This document shows positions 21,611-31,154 of a stretch of 64,000 nt of DNA, in pieces; position 1 is the first letter of the stretch, and every line of letters begins with the position of its first letter. The stretch is taken from NCBI GenBank assembly GCA_963716725.1, contig CAVQUB010000005.1:96001-160000 (forward strand), given 5' to 3'. The position numbers and the translations under genes were made by a program. Source of the stretch: an uncultured delta proteobacterium. GTDB taxonomy: Bacteria > Myxococcota_A > Polyangia > Polyangiales > Polyangiaceae. The notes beneath the pieces were generated by a model. The model saw nothing but the letters and a program-made list of their open reading frames with translations, was not told where the DNA came from and searched no databases.

Positions 21611-23533
21611 TCACTTCGGGATGGGCGGTACGGTCACGGTGTTGATCGGCTGCACGCTGGCACCCGCGGGATAGGCGTAGCTCACGGCCTGCGAATAGAA
21701 TCCGCTCCCGCTGCCGAAGCTGCCGCCCGTTGCGGCGCTGCCCCAGCCCCAGACGGTGAGGCCGATGGGGGCGTCGCTCTTGATCAGGTGCACGCCGTTG
21801 TCGCAGTTGCCCTGCTTCTGGAAATTGCCGGTGACCAGATCTACGCGCGAGAACTCGTACTGTCCCGAGCTGCCCAGGGGCTGCCAGCCGCTCAGCTTGC
21901 CGGCGCAGCCGAGATCGACGTCGTGAAATGCGCCTTCGTGCTTGCTGCGGATCACCACCAGGTTCGTCTCCGGGTAGGTCGGATCGGTGAAGAAGGTGTA
22001 CTGCCGCAGGTACTGCGCCGGTGGGATGATGTTCACGAACTCGGGATCGCCGCGGCAGTCGTTCGCCGTGCCCACCTTCGTGCAGCCCGTCATGTGCGCG
22101 GACATGTAGAAGGGATGATCGGCGTCCTGACTCTTGACCACGAAGGGACCCGGCGCCCAGAACTCGGCGACCTGACTGGTCGACAGCGTGGTCGGTGCGC
22201 CCGGCGGCGCCGCCGGCTCGTAGCTGAGCGTGGTGCCGCCCACCGCGCCGACCAGGCGCCAGGGCACCGACTCGTCTTTGCCCGCGTAGCGTTCGCGGTA
22301 GCGCACGGCGACGTACTCGTGCCCCAGGGCCTTGACCGGCGGGATCTGCTGGTGCGCCGAGTCGCAGGCCGAGTCCATCACGTCGATGCTCAGGCAGGTG
22401 GCCGCGCCCCACACGGCGACGGGTTTGTCTGATTGGATGGGGGAGCCGATCAACGACGCGTTCTGCGTGAATTGCAGGATTTCGCCCCGCGCCAGCGCAT
22501 AGGTCTGCGGGACGCCCTGGCCCGTCGCAGCGACGCCCGGGCCGCCCACGATGGCCGCCGTTGGGCTGATGGTCACGGTGGTGTTGTCTTCGGCGGCGAC
22601 GATGTCGATCGAAGGCTGCGCCTCGGCGACGAGCGTGCTCTTCCGAAACGCGTCGACCGCGACGTAGTTGGTGTCCCAGACCGAGGTCGGCAACAGCAAG
22701 GTGGCGCTGGTCGCTGCGCTCTGACCGCCGCCGTAGGGGAAGATGTCGTAGACCACGGCCGGCGCCGAAGTCGTGATGCGAAACGCTTGCCCGCGACCGC
22801 TGCCGGTCACGGAGGCGTGGGCGGCGGTGTACGCCGGAGTCACGCCTGCCGGGCAGCTGGTGAGCGTCGAGCCGAAGCGCGCTAGAAACAAGATCGCGAC
22901 CTCTCCGGCGGGCAGCTGCCCGCCAGGCAGAGGCGCGTAGCTGAGCGACTGGCCCGTGCCCGAGGGGATGCGCGCGAACTGCGCCGCAGAGAACACCTGA
23001 CCGGCCCGCTCCACGTCGATGGTGATGGGATGACCCCAGGTGTTGGCGACGAAGGCCGCGAAACACGCGCCGCGACCCGCGCTGATGACGTCCGGAGGCA
23101 CGGCGTAGTAGTCGCAGCCGATCGTGGACTTGTTCTGCTTGGCCGCATCGCAGGCGGGGACGCAGCCGCTCGCGCCACAACCCTGGTCGGGTGGGCACTC
23201 GACGACGACGTTGCCCTTGCAGTCGAGGACCTTGTGCAGATCGGTCGAGCAGGTCTTCTCGCAGCCGCCGCCGTCGCCGCCGCCGATGTTGATGCTGCCT
23301 CCGCTCGCAGCGCCGCCGCCAATGCCACCGCCCACGCCGCCCCCCGCGCTGCTTCCGCCGCTTCCGCCGCCGCCGCTCACGTTGCCGCTTCCGCCGCCAC
23401 CGGCCGTGCCGCCGCCGCCGCCAGACGCTGAACACGCCGCCGGCGCCGCGAGCGCCATCAGGGCCGCGCCGACGATCAGCCGCGCCGCGCGCCCGAGGAA
23501 GTCGTTGGTGTCGTTGATCCGCGCCATCCGCAA
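21611..23533 (-). CDS. IgGFc-binding-like domain lipoprotein
   Basis: Lipobox, Gly linker, 'IQSDKPVAVWG', 'DPEFVNIIPPAQYLRQYTF', C-terminal 'SYAYPAG'. Confidence 0.8.
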   Translation of the reverse strand: MRMARINDTNDFLGRAARLIVGAALMALAAPAACSASGGGGGTAGGGGSGNVSGGGGSGGSSAGGGVGGGIGGGAASGGSINIGGGDGGGCEKTCSTDLHKVLDCKGNVVVECPPDQGCGASGCVPACDAAKQNKSTIGCDYYAVPPDVISAGRGACFAAFVANTWGHPITIDVERAGQVFSAAQFARIPSGTGQSLSYAPLPGGQLPAGEVAILFLARFGSTLTSCPAGVTPAYTAAHASVTGSGRGQAFRITTSAPAVVYDIFPYGGGQSAATSATLLLPTSVWDTNYVAVDAFRKSTLVAEAQPSIDIVAAEDNTTVTISPTAAIVGGPGVAATGQGVPQTYALARGEILQFTQNASLIGSPIQSDKPVAVWGAATCLSIDVMDSACDSAHQQIPPVKALGHEYVAVRYRERYAGKDESVPWRLVGAVGGTTLSYEPAAPPGAPTTLSTSQVAEFWAPGPFVVKSQDADHPFYMSAHMTGCTKVGTANDCRGDPEFVNIIPPAQYLRQYTFFTDPTYPETNLVVIRSKHEGAFHDVDLGCAGKLSGWQPLGSSGQYEFSRVDLVTGNFQKQGNCDNGVHLIKSDAPIGLTVWGWGSAATGGSFGSGSGFYSQAVSYAYPAGASVQPINTVTVPPIPK

Positions 23534-23594
23534 ACGGTAGCGGAGGCTGCGGGCGCGCGCCAGGCAGTCCTGGGCTCTCGAACGCGACCCCGGC

Positions 23595-25115
23595 TCAATC
23601 TCCCAGGGTCTCGCGCACCCGCCGAAGCAGCGCCGTCGCCGTGAACGGCTTCTCGAGGATCTCGATCTCGCCGTATTCGTCCGGCGTCAGCGCGGCGTCG
23701 CGCCGATAGCCGGACATGAAGAGCACGGGCATCGACGCTCCGGCAGCTCGGAGCCGCCGCACCAACTCCGGACCGTCCATGTGCGGCATGACCACGTCGG
23801 TCAGGAGCAGGTCGAAGCCAGCCGGGCCATCGAGGCACAGCGAGAGCGCCTCCTGGCCGTCCGCGGCGCGCTCGACCGCGTAACCTTGCGCGCTCAGCAC
23901 GCGCAGGACCACACCGGCCACGCTGTCGTCGTCCTCCGCCACCAGGATGCGCTCGGTGCCACCGCGGGGCGCTGCCGCTGGCACGCTCTGCCCGGAGCTG
24001 GCGGGCACCTCGTGACAGAGCGGCAAGTAGACCTTGACCGTGGTGCCGTGCCCGAGCGCGCTGTCGATGCGGAGTTTGCCGCCGCTCTGCTTGGCGATGC
24101 CGTACACCGTCGAGAGCCCGAGGCCGGTCCCACGCCCCACCTCCTTGGTGGTGAAGAAGGGATCGATTGCGTGCCGCAGCGTATCCGGTGACATGCCCGA
24201 GCCCGAGTCCGAGACCGTGAGCAGCGCGTAGCGTCCGGCCTCGAGTTGCTCCGAGGCGCCGATGCTCTCGTCGGAGATGGTCACCGGGCAGAGCCGAAGT
24301 TGGACGGTGCCGCCAGTCGGCATCGCGTCGCGAGCGTTGGTCACCAGGTTCACGACGACCTGCTCGACGTGACTGCGCGTGCTGCGCACCGGGAGCGGAG
24401 TCGGATGCGCTTCGACGACCATGCTCACCCGGTCGCCGATCAGGCGACGGAGCAAGGTCTTGATGTCGTGCAGCACCGGCACGATGTCGATGACTTCCGT
24501 CGGCGACTCGTGAGGGCGGCTGAAGAGCAGCAGCTGACGCACCAGGCTCGCACCGCGCTGACCGGCGGCGATCATCTCCTCGACGTAGGCGGAGAGATCC
24601 GGACGATCGCGCAGCTGTCTCTGCAAGAGCTCGCCATTGCCCATGATGGCGACCAAGAGGTTGTTGAAGTCGTGGGCGATGCCGCCCGTGAGCTGACCGA
24701 TGGCCTCCATCTTCTGCGAGTGTCGGAGCTGCTCCTCCAGTCGCTTGCGGTCGGTGATGTCCCGCCACACGACGTGAAGCACCTGCTTGCCCCCGCGTTG
24801 CACGGCGGTGAGCAGCACCTCGACCGGAAACACCTCCCCGTCGAAGCGGCGGTGGTCCCACTCGAAGCGGTGGCTGCCGCGGGCGGAGGCGGCGGCCATC
24901 ATCTCGTTGGCCTTCTCGAAGGAGCTGCGACCGTCGGGCTGCTCGGGCGGCGACAGGTCGGAGGGATGTGCGCGACGCAGGGCTTGCCGGTCGGGACAGC
25001 GCAACATGGTGAGGGCGGCGTCGTTGAACTCCACGAACGACCCGTTCTCGATGATCAGGATGGCGTCCGCCGAGCGCTCGAAGAGCTCGCGGTAGGGATC
25101 GAGGTCGTCGGCCAC
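23595..25115 (-). CDS. PAS-domain hybrid histidine kinase/response regulator (start approximate)
   Basis: 'SQKMEAIGQLTGGIAHDFNN' H-box, 'PFFTTKEVGRGTGLGL', receiver 'DLLLTDVVMP'. Confidence 0.92.
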   Translation of the reverse strand: MADDLDPYRELFERSADAILIIENGSFVEFNDAALTMLRCPDRQALRRAHPSDLSPPEQPDGRSSFEKANEMMAAASARGSHRFEWDHRRFDGEVFPVEVLLTAVQRGGKQVLHVVWRDITDRKRLEEQLRHSQKMEAIGQLTGGIAHDFNNLLVAIMGNGELLQRQLRDRPDLSAYVEEMIAAGQRGASLVRQLLLFSRPHESPTEVIDIVPVLHDIKTLLRRLIGDRVSMVVEAHPTPLPVRSTRSHVEQVVVNLVTNARDAMPTGGTVQLRLCPVTISDESIGASEQLEAGRYALLTVSDSGSGMSPDTLRHAIDPFFTTKEVGRGTGLGLSTVYGIAKQSGGKLRIDSALGHGTTVKVYLPLCHEVPASSGQSVPAAAPRGGTERILVAEDDDSVAGVVLRVLSAQGYAVERAADGQEALSLCLDGPAGFDLLLTDVVMPHMDGPELVRRLRAAGASMPVLFMSGYRRDAALTPDEYGEIEILEKPFTATALLRRVRETLGD

Positions 25116-25410
25116 GTGAACCAAGAGGGTCACCCGAAGGCTCGGGACGGGCAACGCCGAAAGGCCGACGCACCCGCGCGGGGTGTGCGGCCAGCCGACC
25201 GAGCCCGGAGTCAACCCTCGCCGGCAACCGCCGCTTGGCGCTGGACTCCCGGTGCCCCTCGGAATGGCGCGAGAATCATAGGCGATTTGCCGAGGCGCGG
25301 AGGCTGCACGCGGAGCGCGTATGGCTTCGATTGTCGGCTCTTCGTCCGGGTCACGCAGGGGGCACTCGGGGGTCCGCAGTTGCAAAAGGTGGCGGGCGCC
25401 ATCGCCGTAT

Positions 25411-26871
25411 TCACGTGCAGTCTGGATCCCCGGTGGCGCAGGGCAGCACGACCAGGGTGTAGGCGCCGGACTGTTCGCCGCTTGGCGCGGTGAAGGTGTC
25501 GACCACGATGTGATGCGTGCCGGCGGGGAAGGTGCCCTGGATCAGGCGGTCGTTGCGGGCCACGCAGCTGCTGCCACCCAGGCCGCCGCTGAGGAAATGC
25601 ACGTCCACGTCGACGCCCCCGCGATCGAAGAGCACGATGCGCAACGCCGTCGGCGCGGGCAGGCTGAGGGTGTAGTGCAGCTCCGGACCGGACTCGTTCT
25701 GCGTCGCCGCGCAACCGTCGTAGCTAGCGATGTTGCGCTCGTTCGAGAGCGACGTGTCGGCGCTGTGGGAAAATGGCAGCGTGTCCACGACGAAGGGCAA
25801 GGTCGCGGTGCCCGTGCCCGCGACTGCCGCGCCGGGCAGCTCCGTGGCTGGCTGGTTCAGCACCACGCCGGCGTGCAGGTGCTGCAGGAGCTCCATCGTC
25901 AGCAGGTTGCGCTTGTTGTAGTTGAAGCCCAGGCCTTCGCTGGTGAAGATGCACGGCTGCGAGCCGCCGCCGGGGTTGTAGGCGTTCCCGTGGATGCCGT
26001 CGGCGATCATGCCCTGGTTCGCCAGGCCCTTCGCGGAGTAGTACAGGCTCATGAAGGGCAGCTGCCGCGCTTCGGCGAGGGCGCGGGTCAATGCGTCGTA
26101 GGTCGGCACCCACCGCCCCGCGGCCACCGAGTCCGTGCGAGGGTTCAGTCCCGTCACGATCGGAATGATGCCGCCGGCCTCGAGCTGGTCGAGGATCTGC
26201 GACAGGTTCTCGGCGAAGGGAAACAGCGCGCTGGCGAAGGTCACGCCCTGCCCCATGTCGTTCGTGCCGTAGTTCACCACCGCGAAGCGCGGATTGAGCG
26301 CCTGGATCTCTTGGTCCAAGGGCGACGGGCTGCCAGCGATGGCCCAGCTGGCGCTCATGCCGACCTTGGCGGCCAAGGTACTGCGGTCGAAGGGCGTGCT
26401 GCCCGCCGCGTCTCCCGAGCGGAAAAAATCAATGCTCGGCAGCATCGCGCTGCGACCGTCGAGGTCCAGGCTGTAGCTCGGCTGCGCCGAGCCCGCGAAG
26501 CAATACGCGAAGCTCTTGTTCACCGTGCCGGAGGCGCCGACCTTGATGAAGACGTCGTCCTCGCGCGTCGGATCCGAGGCGCGGATGGCTTTGGCCCGGG
26601 CGAGCGCGCTGGGCGTGACGGGCGAGCGCTCGTTCGCGGCGTAGCGCGTGAACCCGGTGAGCGGCGCGGCATCGCCGGTAGCGTCAGCGTCAGCGTCAGC
26701 GTCAGCGTCAGCGCCAGCGTCGGCATCGGTGACGCTCGCGTCGAATCCGCTGCCGCCCGTGCCGGCGTCGGGCTGCGGCTTGTCGTCGCTACCGTCGCCG
26801 TCCGAAGCGCAAGCGGCCGACAGCACGCAGAGCAAGCAGAGGAGGCCGGGCCCCACGACGCGCGCGCCCAC
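25411..26871 (-). CDS. SGNH/GDSL-like hydrolase lipoprotein
   Basis: Lipobox SAAC; 'VVNYGTND' block III and 'DGIH' block V; (DA)n linker. Confidence 0.7.
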   Translation of the reverse strand: MGARVVGPGLLCLLCVLSAACASDGDGSDDKPQPDAGTGGSGFDASVTDADAGADADADADADATGDAAPLTGFTRYAANERSPVTPSALARAKAIRASDPTREDDVFIKVGASGTVNKSFAYCFAGSAQPSYSLDLDGRSAMLPSIDFFRSGDAAGSTPFDRSTLAAKVGMSASWAIAGSPSPLDQEIQALNPRFAVVNYGTNDMGQGVTFASALFPFAENLSQILDQLEAGGIIPIVTGLNPRTDSVAAGRWVPTYDALTRALAEARQLPFMSLYYSAKGLANQGMIADGIHGNAYNPGGGSQPCIFTSEGLGFNYNKRNLLTMELLQHLHAGVVLNQPATELPGAAVAGTGTATLPFVVDTLPFSHSADTSLSNERNIASYDGCAATQNESGPELHYTLSLPAPTALRIVLFDRGGVDVDVHFLSGGLGGSSCVARNDRLIQGTFPAGTHHIVVDTFTAPSGEQSGAYTLVVLPCATGDPDCT

Positions 26872-26893
26872 GCGGCCGCGGTGCCGCCTGAGT

Positions 26894-27040
26894 CTAGCGT
26901 GCACGCACCCAGTTCTGGACGACGAGCCCTTTGAACGACTTGAAGTCGCCCGGGTTCGAAGTGATCAGCGGGATGCCACAGGTCACAGCGGTCGCCGCGA
27001 TTCGCCGTGCCACTCCGCCGCACGCTCGTCATACGAGGAA
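26894..27040 (-). pseudogene. Remnant of a VapC/PIN toxin gene (3' part, internally deleted)
   Basis: Minus strand encodes 'YDERAAEWHGE' and then, in another frame, 'IAATAVTCGIPLITSNPGDFKSFKGLVVQNW', a typical PIN C-terminus. Confidence 0.7.
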
Positions 27041-27268
27041 GTCGCCACCGTGTAGCTCTTGGACATGCTCTCGTGTGTACATGCAGATGTACATTTGGTC
27101 GAGGGCAGGCCAAAAAGGCGATCAACCCGCCGAAGGCCGGTCGCGTCGCTACGGCTTCGGTTTCGCCAGGCCGGCGATCGCCGAGACGTGAGCAGCGGAC
27201 AGACCTGCTGCCCGAGTTGTTGGTCCGGCGCGGAAGCTTCAGCTCCGGACCAACTAGAACCCGGAGGC

Positions 27269-27874
27269 TCAGCCCTGGACGCAGTAGGTGCCGGAGGCGT
27301 TTCCGACCTCCGTGCAATCCCAGAAGGTCGGACAGTCCGTGAAGCTCTCGCAGGTCTTGGAGCAATACCCGAAGGACGCGCCGGTCTTGAACAGACAGAT
27401 CTTCGACTGGCAATCGCCATCACCCTGGCATTCCTCGCCGACTCCTGCGCCGCTGGATCCGCCGCCGATGCCGGACCCGCCGCCGATGCCGGATCCGCCG
27501 CCGATGCCGGATCCGCCGCCGATGCCGGACCCGCCGCCGCTACCGCTGCCGCTCCAGCCGCCCTTGTCGTTGCAGGCGTCGTTGCAGACGGCCGCTTCGG
27601 ATGCGCAGCAACCGTTGTCGCAGAACGACGCGTTGACGATGCTCGAGTCCCCGCAGTGGCAGGGCATGTATGGGCAACCGTTGCCGCATGCGGTGCAGTT
27701 GCTGCCGCCGCCGGAGCCGTTGTTGCCGCCGCCGCCGGAACCGTTGTTGCCGCCGCCGCCGAACCCGTTGTTGCCGGCGCCCGCGGCTCCGCCTCCTCCG
27801 CCTCCTCCTCCGGAAGAGCAAGCCAACGCGCCCGCGGTCAAAAATACTGATAGGACCAAGTCAATGCGATGCAT
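27269..27874 (-). CDS. Gly/Cys-rich lipoprotein
   Basis: Lipobox ALAC; GGGNN and GGGSGI repeats; Cys-rich modules. Confidence 0.7.
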   Translation of the reverse strand: MHRIDLVLSVFLTAGALACSSGGGGGGGGAAGAGNNGFGGGGNNGSGGGGNNGSGGGSNCTACGNGCPYMPCHCGDSSIVNASFCDNGCCASEAAVCNDACNDKGGWSGSGSGGGSGIGGGSGIGGGSGIGGGSGIGGGSSGAGVGEECQGDGDCQSKICLFKTGASFGYCSKTCESFTDCPTFWDCTEVGNASGTYCVQG

Positions 27875-27946
27875 GGGAGTTTTCTCCTTTCGCCGCATGG
27901 ACGCGTCCTGTCCCGGGACGTCGCAAAAATAGTTCGTGGCGGGCGA

Positions 27947-28780
27947 TCAGCTCTTTTCGCTGCGCAAAATGCGCGTGACGCTGGCGTCGAGCTGGCTGCC
28001 AATGACGCGGATCACGCTGTCGATTTCGGGTGCCGGCAGGTTCAGTCGCTGGCTGAGCTCAGCGACCGTGCCGTCGAATAGATCCTCTCGGGCGCGGGTC
28101 AGCCAGCGGGCGGCGGTGGCGCGATGCACGCCGTAGAGCGATCCGATCGCGTCTATTCCGAGCTGATCGAGCAGCTGGTGACGCAGTAGATTGCGCTGGC
28201 GGGCTTCCAAGCCGCCGAGCGCGACCTCGAATGCCGCCTTGAACTCCGCGCCATATCGGGCCCGGAGCGACGAGAGTTCGGGATCTGTGCCGCTGGCGAC
28301 GCCTTCGAGCTCCGGTTCGGTGTGTCGGGCGGCCGTGCCCGCTCGCCGGGTGAGCGTCACCACCTCCCGAGCCGCGATCACGCGCACGAATCCGCGAAGG
28401 CTTCCGCGCGCGGTGTACTGAGCGAGCTTGCCGGGCTGGCTGTCCGAGCCGAAGAGCAGCTTCTGGCGGGTGGCCTGCAGGGCATCATCGAGGTTCGCGC
28501 TGCCGAGCTCGAAGCGTCCCAAGGTCGTTCGAAGGTTCTGGATGCACTGCTCGTCCAGGCGCGCCACAGCGCCGGGCACGCCGGTCGCGGCGGCGCGGGC
28601 GAGCCAGACGTCGGCTGCCGGTAGCGTCAGCGGATCCGCACCATCGGAGATGCAGCGGGCGACGGCCACGGCAAATTCGTCGACGGGAAGCTCGAGGTCG
28701 GGGTGAGCTGCCCGCGCCTCGGCGACCAAGCTTTCGAGCACGCTCTCGGGGATCTCGGCCTGGGGCGGAATGGCCACCAT
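27947..28780 (-). CDS. ECF-type sigma-70 factor (myxobacterial type)
   Basis: 'YTARGSLRGFVRVIAAR' and region 4 'IGSLYGVHRATAARWLTRAR'. Confidence 0.75.
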   Translation of the reverse strand: MVAIPPQAEIPESVLESLVAEARAAHPDLELPVDEFAVAVARCISDGADPLTLPAADVWLARAAATGVPGAVARLDEQCIQNLRTTLGRFELGSANLDDALQATRQKLLFGSDSQPGKLAQYTARGSLRGFVRVIAAREVVTLTRRAGTAARHTEPELEGVASGTDPELSSLRARYGAEFKAAFEVALGGLEARQRNLLRHQLLDQLGIDAIGSLYGVHRATAARWLTRAREDLFDGTVAELSQRLNLPAPEIDSVIRVIGSQLDASVTRILRSEKS

Positions 28781-28851
28781 GCCGCCACAGTAGCCCGTCC
28801 TCCCAAGCGGCGATCCCAAGAGCGCAACTGCCGGGAATCATTGGGGCCTAC

Positions 28852-30159
28852 ATGGAGCCCCGGTCTCAGCGGGACCGCGTGCTATTGCAACGCCGCGGAC
28901 CGATGGGACTCGGAGGGCAAAAGGCCGGCGACGTGGCCGCCGATAAGTACCGCCTCGTGCGGCGGTTGGGCTCCGGCGGCATGGGCGCCGTGTGGCACGC
29001 GACGCACGTGGTGACGCGGCGACCCGTCGCGTTGAAGTTTCTGCACGCGAACCGGCACACCGACATCAACGCGCGCGCCCGCCTGTTGCGGGAGGCCCGC
29101 GCTGCTGCCGCCGTGGGGCATCCCGCCGTGGTCACGATCCACGACGTGATCGAGGTGGGCGGGGCGCCGGTCCTGGTCATGGATCTCTTGGAAGGCGAGT
29201 CACTGCGCGAGTGCCTGGAGCGCGAGGGGCGGCTTGCCCCCGGGGTCGCCGTCGACATTGCGCTGGCCATTCTGTCGGTGTTGAGCGCGGCCCACGCGCA
29301 CGGCATCGTGCATCGCGACCTGAAGCCGGAAAACGTGTTCCTCCCCCAGGGCGGGCCGTCGGAGGCCCGACTCTTGGACTTCGGCATCGCGAAGATAACG
29401 CGCACCGATGGGCTGCAGGGGCTCTCGACCGAGACCGGCGCGATGCTCGGGACTCCGCACTACATGGCGCCGGAGCAAGCCTTCGGCGAGAAGGACGTGG
29501 ACGGCCGGGCAGATCTCTGGGCGCTGGGCGTGCTTTTGTACGAGTGCTTGAGCGCCAGGCGGCCCATCGACGGCGAGAACCTGGGTCAGATCCTGCGCGC
29601 GATGACCGAGTGCAAGGTCAAACCGCTGCTGGAGGTGGCGCCCGACGTGCCAGTCGAGCTGGCGGAGATCGTGGGCGCTCTTCTGGTGGAGCGCGGGGCG
29701 CGTCCGGCGGACGCCGATACCGTGAGCCAACAGCTGACGAACCTTGCGCCTGGGCTGAGCAAGCAGCTGCCGGCGCAGCAGAAGCCCGCCGTGGGCGCGA
29801 CGGAGGCCACCACCGGGGAACCAGTGACGCGTACGGCGCCCCGGGCTCGACGACGGCTGAGTCGGGTCGGGAGCTTCGCCGCTGTCGGTGCGGCCGTCGT
29901 GCTGGGCGCTCTGAGCTGGCTGATCCTCGCGGGTCATTCGGAGGTCGCCACGCTGCACGCCGGGCTGGGGACTCCAGTCTTTCCGGGCGTCGACCGGCCC
30001 GCGCCTCCACCGGATCCCCGCGCCGTGGCGTCGCTGGGGAGCGAGCGTCCCCCAGCCCCCGTGATCCGCCGAGCGCCGACGGCGAAGCCCCCGCCGTCGG
30101 CACAGCCGGAGCCGCTGCGCACCGGCTCTGACAAGCTCATCAACGAGCCACCCTTTTGA
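28852..30159 (+). CDS. Membrane Ser/Thr protein kinase
   Basis: GSGGMG, VALK, HRDLKPEN, DFG, GTPHYMAPE; TM helix after the kinase domain. Confidence 0.95.
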   Translation: MEPRSQRDRVLLQRRGPMGLGGQKAGDVAADKYRLVRRLGSGGMGAVWHATHVVTRRPVALKFLHANRHTDINARARLLREARAAAAVGHPAVVTIHDVIEVGGAPVLVMDLLEGESLRECLEREGRLAPGVAVDIALAILSVLSAAHAHGIVHRDLKPENVFLPQGGPSEARLLDFGIAKITRTDGLQGLSTETGAMLGTPHYMAPEQAFGEKDVDGRADLWALGVLLYECLSARRPIDGENLGQILRAMTECKVKPLLEVAPDVPVELAEIVGALLVERGARPADADTVSQQLTNLAPGLSKQLPAQQKPAVGATEATTGEPVTRTAPRARRRLSRVGSFAAVGAAVVLGALSWLILAGHSEVATLHAGLGTPVFPGVDRPAPPPDPRAVASLGSERPPAPVIRRAPTAKPPPSAQPEPLRTGSDKLINEPPF

Positions 30160-31154
30160 GCATGGCTCGCGCTTGCTTCATCGCGACCTTGGTCGCGCTC
30201 CTCAGCGTGTGCGGCGTGACCCACGCCGAGGCGGAAGCGGATCCGAACACCGAGCAGGCAAGAGGGCTCTTTCGCAATGGGTCCGAGCTGGCGAAAGACG
30301 CGCGTTGGGGCGAAGCTCTGGCTCACTTCGAGCGCTCGGCCGCGCTTCGGCCGCATCCAGGCACCACGTACAACATTGCGATCTGCCAGCGCGCTCTGGG
30401 TCGCTACACCCGGGCCGAACGCGCATTTCACCGCGCCCTGAAGCAGAACACCGACGCGGAGCTCGCGGCGAGCGTCGCGCAAGACATCCGGGGTTACCTG
30501 GTGGAGATCCAGGCGGCGCTTGCTCGCGTGCAGATCAGCCTCTCGCCGCCCGGGGCGAGCATCAGCGTCGACGGCGCCCCGCTGGAGGTCGTGTCGCTCT
30601 CGCCGCCCGAGCTGTCGGCGGGCACGCTGCCTGCGGGCGCGGGTCGTTCGCCGCCAGCCGGGAAGTTTCTGCTGATCATCGACCCAGGGACACACCTCTT
30701 CGTCATCAATCGCAAGGGCTACGCGGACACGGTGGTCCGGCGAACGTTCGGGCCGGGACAGCGAGCGACTCTCGACCTGGCGCTCGATCGCTTGCCGGCG
30801 ACCCTGCGGGTCACTGCCAACGAGCCTCGCTCCGCGGTCAGCGTCGACGGAATCGACGTCGGACTGACGCCGGTGCAACTGTCGCGGCCGGCCGGCAGCT
30901 ATCGAATCGTGGTGCAGAAGGCCGGATTTCTGCCCTACGAGGCTGCCATTCGCGCCCGCGCGGGACAGAGCGTCGAGGTGCCCGCCCGCTTGGCCCGGGA
31001 CGAGCCAGCGCTGACCGAACGCTGGTGGTTCTGGACGGCAGCGGGAGTAGTGGTCGCCGGAGCGATCTTGGGCACCTACGCGGCCACGCGGCCCGAGCCG
31101 GACCGGCCGGCGCTGAGTGGCGGAGGACTGGGATGGACCATCCGCGCGCCCTGA
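30156..31154 (+). CDS. TPR + PEGA domain protein
   Basis: Signal peptide, TPR-like N-terminus, 'VSVDGIDVGLTP..AGSYRIVVQKAGF' PEGA, C-terminal 'WWFW' TM. Confidence 0.85.
   Translation: MSMARACFIATLVALLSVCGVTHAEAEADPNTEQARGLFRNGSELAKDARWGEALAHFERSAALRPHPGTTYNIAICQRALGRYTRAERAFHRALKQNTDAELAASVAQDIRGYLVEIQAALARVQISLSPPGASISVDGAPLEVVSLSPPELSAGTLPAGAGRSPPAGKFLLIIDPGTHLFVINRKGYADTVVRRTFGPGQRATLDLALDRLPATLRVTANEPRSAVSVDGIDVGLTPVQLSRPAGSYRIVVQKAGFLPYEAAIRARAGQSVEVPARLARDEPALTERWWFWTAAGVVVAGAILGTYAATRPEPDRPALSGGGLGWTIRAP

Noticed and set aside
26682..26720. (gcgtca)n hexamer repeat as a phase-variation switch
   Set aside because: The unit is a multiple of three and only alters the length of an Asp-Ala linker.
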